Below, piece after piece: positions 25,087-25,498 of a stretch of DNA of 25,498 nt. The translations under genes and the position numbers were made by a program. The notes under the pieces were generated by a model that was given only the letters and a program-made list of their open reading frames with translations, was not told the DNA's origin and searched no databases. Position 1 is the stretch's first letter, and each line of letters starts with the position of its first letter. This DNA comes from Kofleriaceae bacterium (GTDB taxonomy: Bacteria > Myxococcota_A > Polyangia > Haliangiales > Haliangiaceae). Location of the stretch: assembly GCA_046597055.1 (NCBI GenBank), contig JBKJLC010000025.1, forward strand, positions 1 through 25,498. Direction: 5' to 3'.

Positions 25087-25464
25087 ATGCCGACCGAGCT
25101 GCCGAGGGCGCGGGTGGAGGTGAAGGGCGCGGCTGGGCATCTCGAGCGGGCCGCCGCCGAGACCCGCGAACGGGCCCGGGCCGCCGGTCGCATGGCCCGG
25201 CCGATCGCCCGCGGGCTCGCGGTCGTCGCCGGCTTCACCCTCGCGTGCGGCGTGCTCGCCGCGATCGTCACGCCCTGTCATGTCCCGACCAGCGCGCGCG
25301 CGAGCGAGCGCGCCGAGTTGCGCGTGCTCCAGCAGAACCTGCGCCAGCTCGAGGTCGAGCTCGACAGCCTGCGCACCTACCCGCCGGAGCGGCCGGTGTT
25401 CCTGATCAGCCGCCAGCCGGGTCCGGCCATCGACACCGGCGCCGCGGCCCCCACCCGACGGTAG
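25087..25464 (+). CDS. Small hypothetical membrane protein with one TM helix and a short coiled coil
   Basis: ATG 25087. Hydrophobic segment GLAVVAGFTLACGVLAAIV, then heptad-like LRVLQQNLRQLEVELDSL. Confidence 0.65.
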   Translation: MPTELPRARVEVKGAAGHLERAAAETRERARAAGRMARPIARGLAVVAGFTLACGVLAAIVTPCHVPTSARASERAELRVLQQNLRQLEVELDSLRTYPPERPVFLISRQPGPAIDTGAAAPTRR

Positions 25465-25484
25465 AGCGGGCTACGCTCGACCGG

Positions 25485-25498
25485 ATGCGCATCCACCA
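25485..25498 (+). CDS. Probable start of the next gene (MRIH...), truncated by the window end
   Basis: TACGCT at 25472-25477 is followed 7 nt later by ATG CGC ATC CAC, the same geometry as other gene starts here. Confidence 0.35.

Overview
High-GC bacterial DNA whose gene content (giant TPR membrane protein, many lipoproteins, DUF5916, DUF362, Ffh with extensions) suggests a myxobacterium (Myxococcota); the taxon is an inference. It contains about 17 complete or partial CDSs: 5'-truncated recA; a CBM9/FG-GAP-like secreted protein followed by a lipoprotein with a YGGG-repeat tail; ffh; a coupled operon of MOP flippase, lipoprotein and a 1200-aa bitopic TPR protein; a DUF5916 outer-membrane protein; an MgtC/DUF4010 protein; fadD coupled to an unknown lipoprotein; cysK; a start-less gene fragment; an ECF41/SigJ sigma factor operon with an oxidoreductase and a near-consensus ECF41 promoter; a UPF1-like SF1 helicase; a DUF362 protein; and a small membrane protein. 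I saw no rRNA, tRNA, CRISPR array or transposase. The most notable signals are: recA looks chimeric (Sphingomonadales-like up to about nt 500, different after); TAnnnT -10 boxes sit 5-9 nt before start codons at seven genes, suggesting widespread leaderless mRNA; there is an apparent breakpoint near 18830; and the flippase-lipoprotein-TPR operon is an uncharacterised envelope module and the best candidate for an undescribed system.
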